Shown here piece after piece: positions 63,914 to 64,000 of a DNA stretch of 64,000 bases. Source of the DNA: Zygnema circumcarinatum SAG 698-1b (taxonomy: Eukaryota; Plantae; Zygnematophyceae). Position 1 is the first letter of the stretch, and every line of letters starts with the position of its first letter. The stretch spans positions 62,001 to 126,000 of the forward strand of contig CM074823.1 in assembly GCA_037447605.1 (NCBI GenBank). The letters run 5' to 3'. The notes under the pieces were generated by a model. The model was not told the DNA's origin, did no database searches, and worked only from the letters and a program-made list of their open reading frames with translations. Position numbers and translations under genes: made by a program.

Positions 63914-64000
63914 CTAAAATGGGAGGGAGGGAGGGAGGNNNNNNNNNNAGGGAGGGGAGGGAGGGGCTAGGGTTAGGGTTGGGAGGGGCTAGGGTTAAGG

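Noticed and set aside
63950-64000. TTAGGG-like words at the window end as a chromosome end
   Set aside because: They are degenerate and lie in a PUS7 intron; the gene's 5' exons must continue beyond the window.

Overview
Eukaryotic, intron-rich genomic DNA from a green plant lineage: the proteins have land-plant-type orthologues and the telomere-like repeats are TTTAGGG-type. The dense (GA)n/(CCCT)n tracts and telomere-like intronic repeats suggest a streptophyte alga such as Closterium (inference, not verified). The ORF track is dominated by microsatellite artefacts, so gene models were built by hand from splice sites and exon phase. Gene order: coproporphyrinogen III oxidase (+, 5' truncated); a 13-exon secreted LRR protein (-) essentially absent from the ORF track; an 'RPL18a-like' small membrane protein (+); RPL7a (-) head-to-head with PRMT4/CARM1 (+); kinesin-13 (+); a GPRP-like gene (-) and an adjacent C2-domain/GPRP-tail gene (-); a TA-flanked pogo-like MITE; a DUF819 membrane protein (+); an acidic orphan ORF (-); a 100-N gap followed by a lone GH1 beta-glucosidase last exon (+); tRNA-Gln(CUG) (-); proteasome alpha-4/PAD1 (+); a charged orphan ORF (-); and PUS7/TruD (-, 5' truncated). 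The most notable observations are a probable U12-type AT-AC intron in PUS7, a MITE packed with GTAC (SBP/CuRE-type) cores between divergent genes, the LRR plus Cys-rich-domain secreted protein, the GPRP/C2-GPRP pair sharing a tail exon and a stop-codon-only last exon, paired MSA elements before kinesin-13, introns with complementary GA/CT halves, a telomere-derived 17-mer minisatellite intron, three GC-AG introns and strong exon-to-exon GC3 mosaicism. No prokaryotic-type system (CRISPR, operon, phage) is present.
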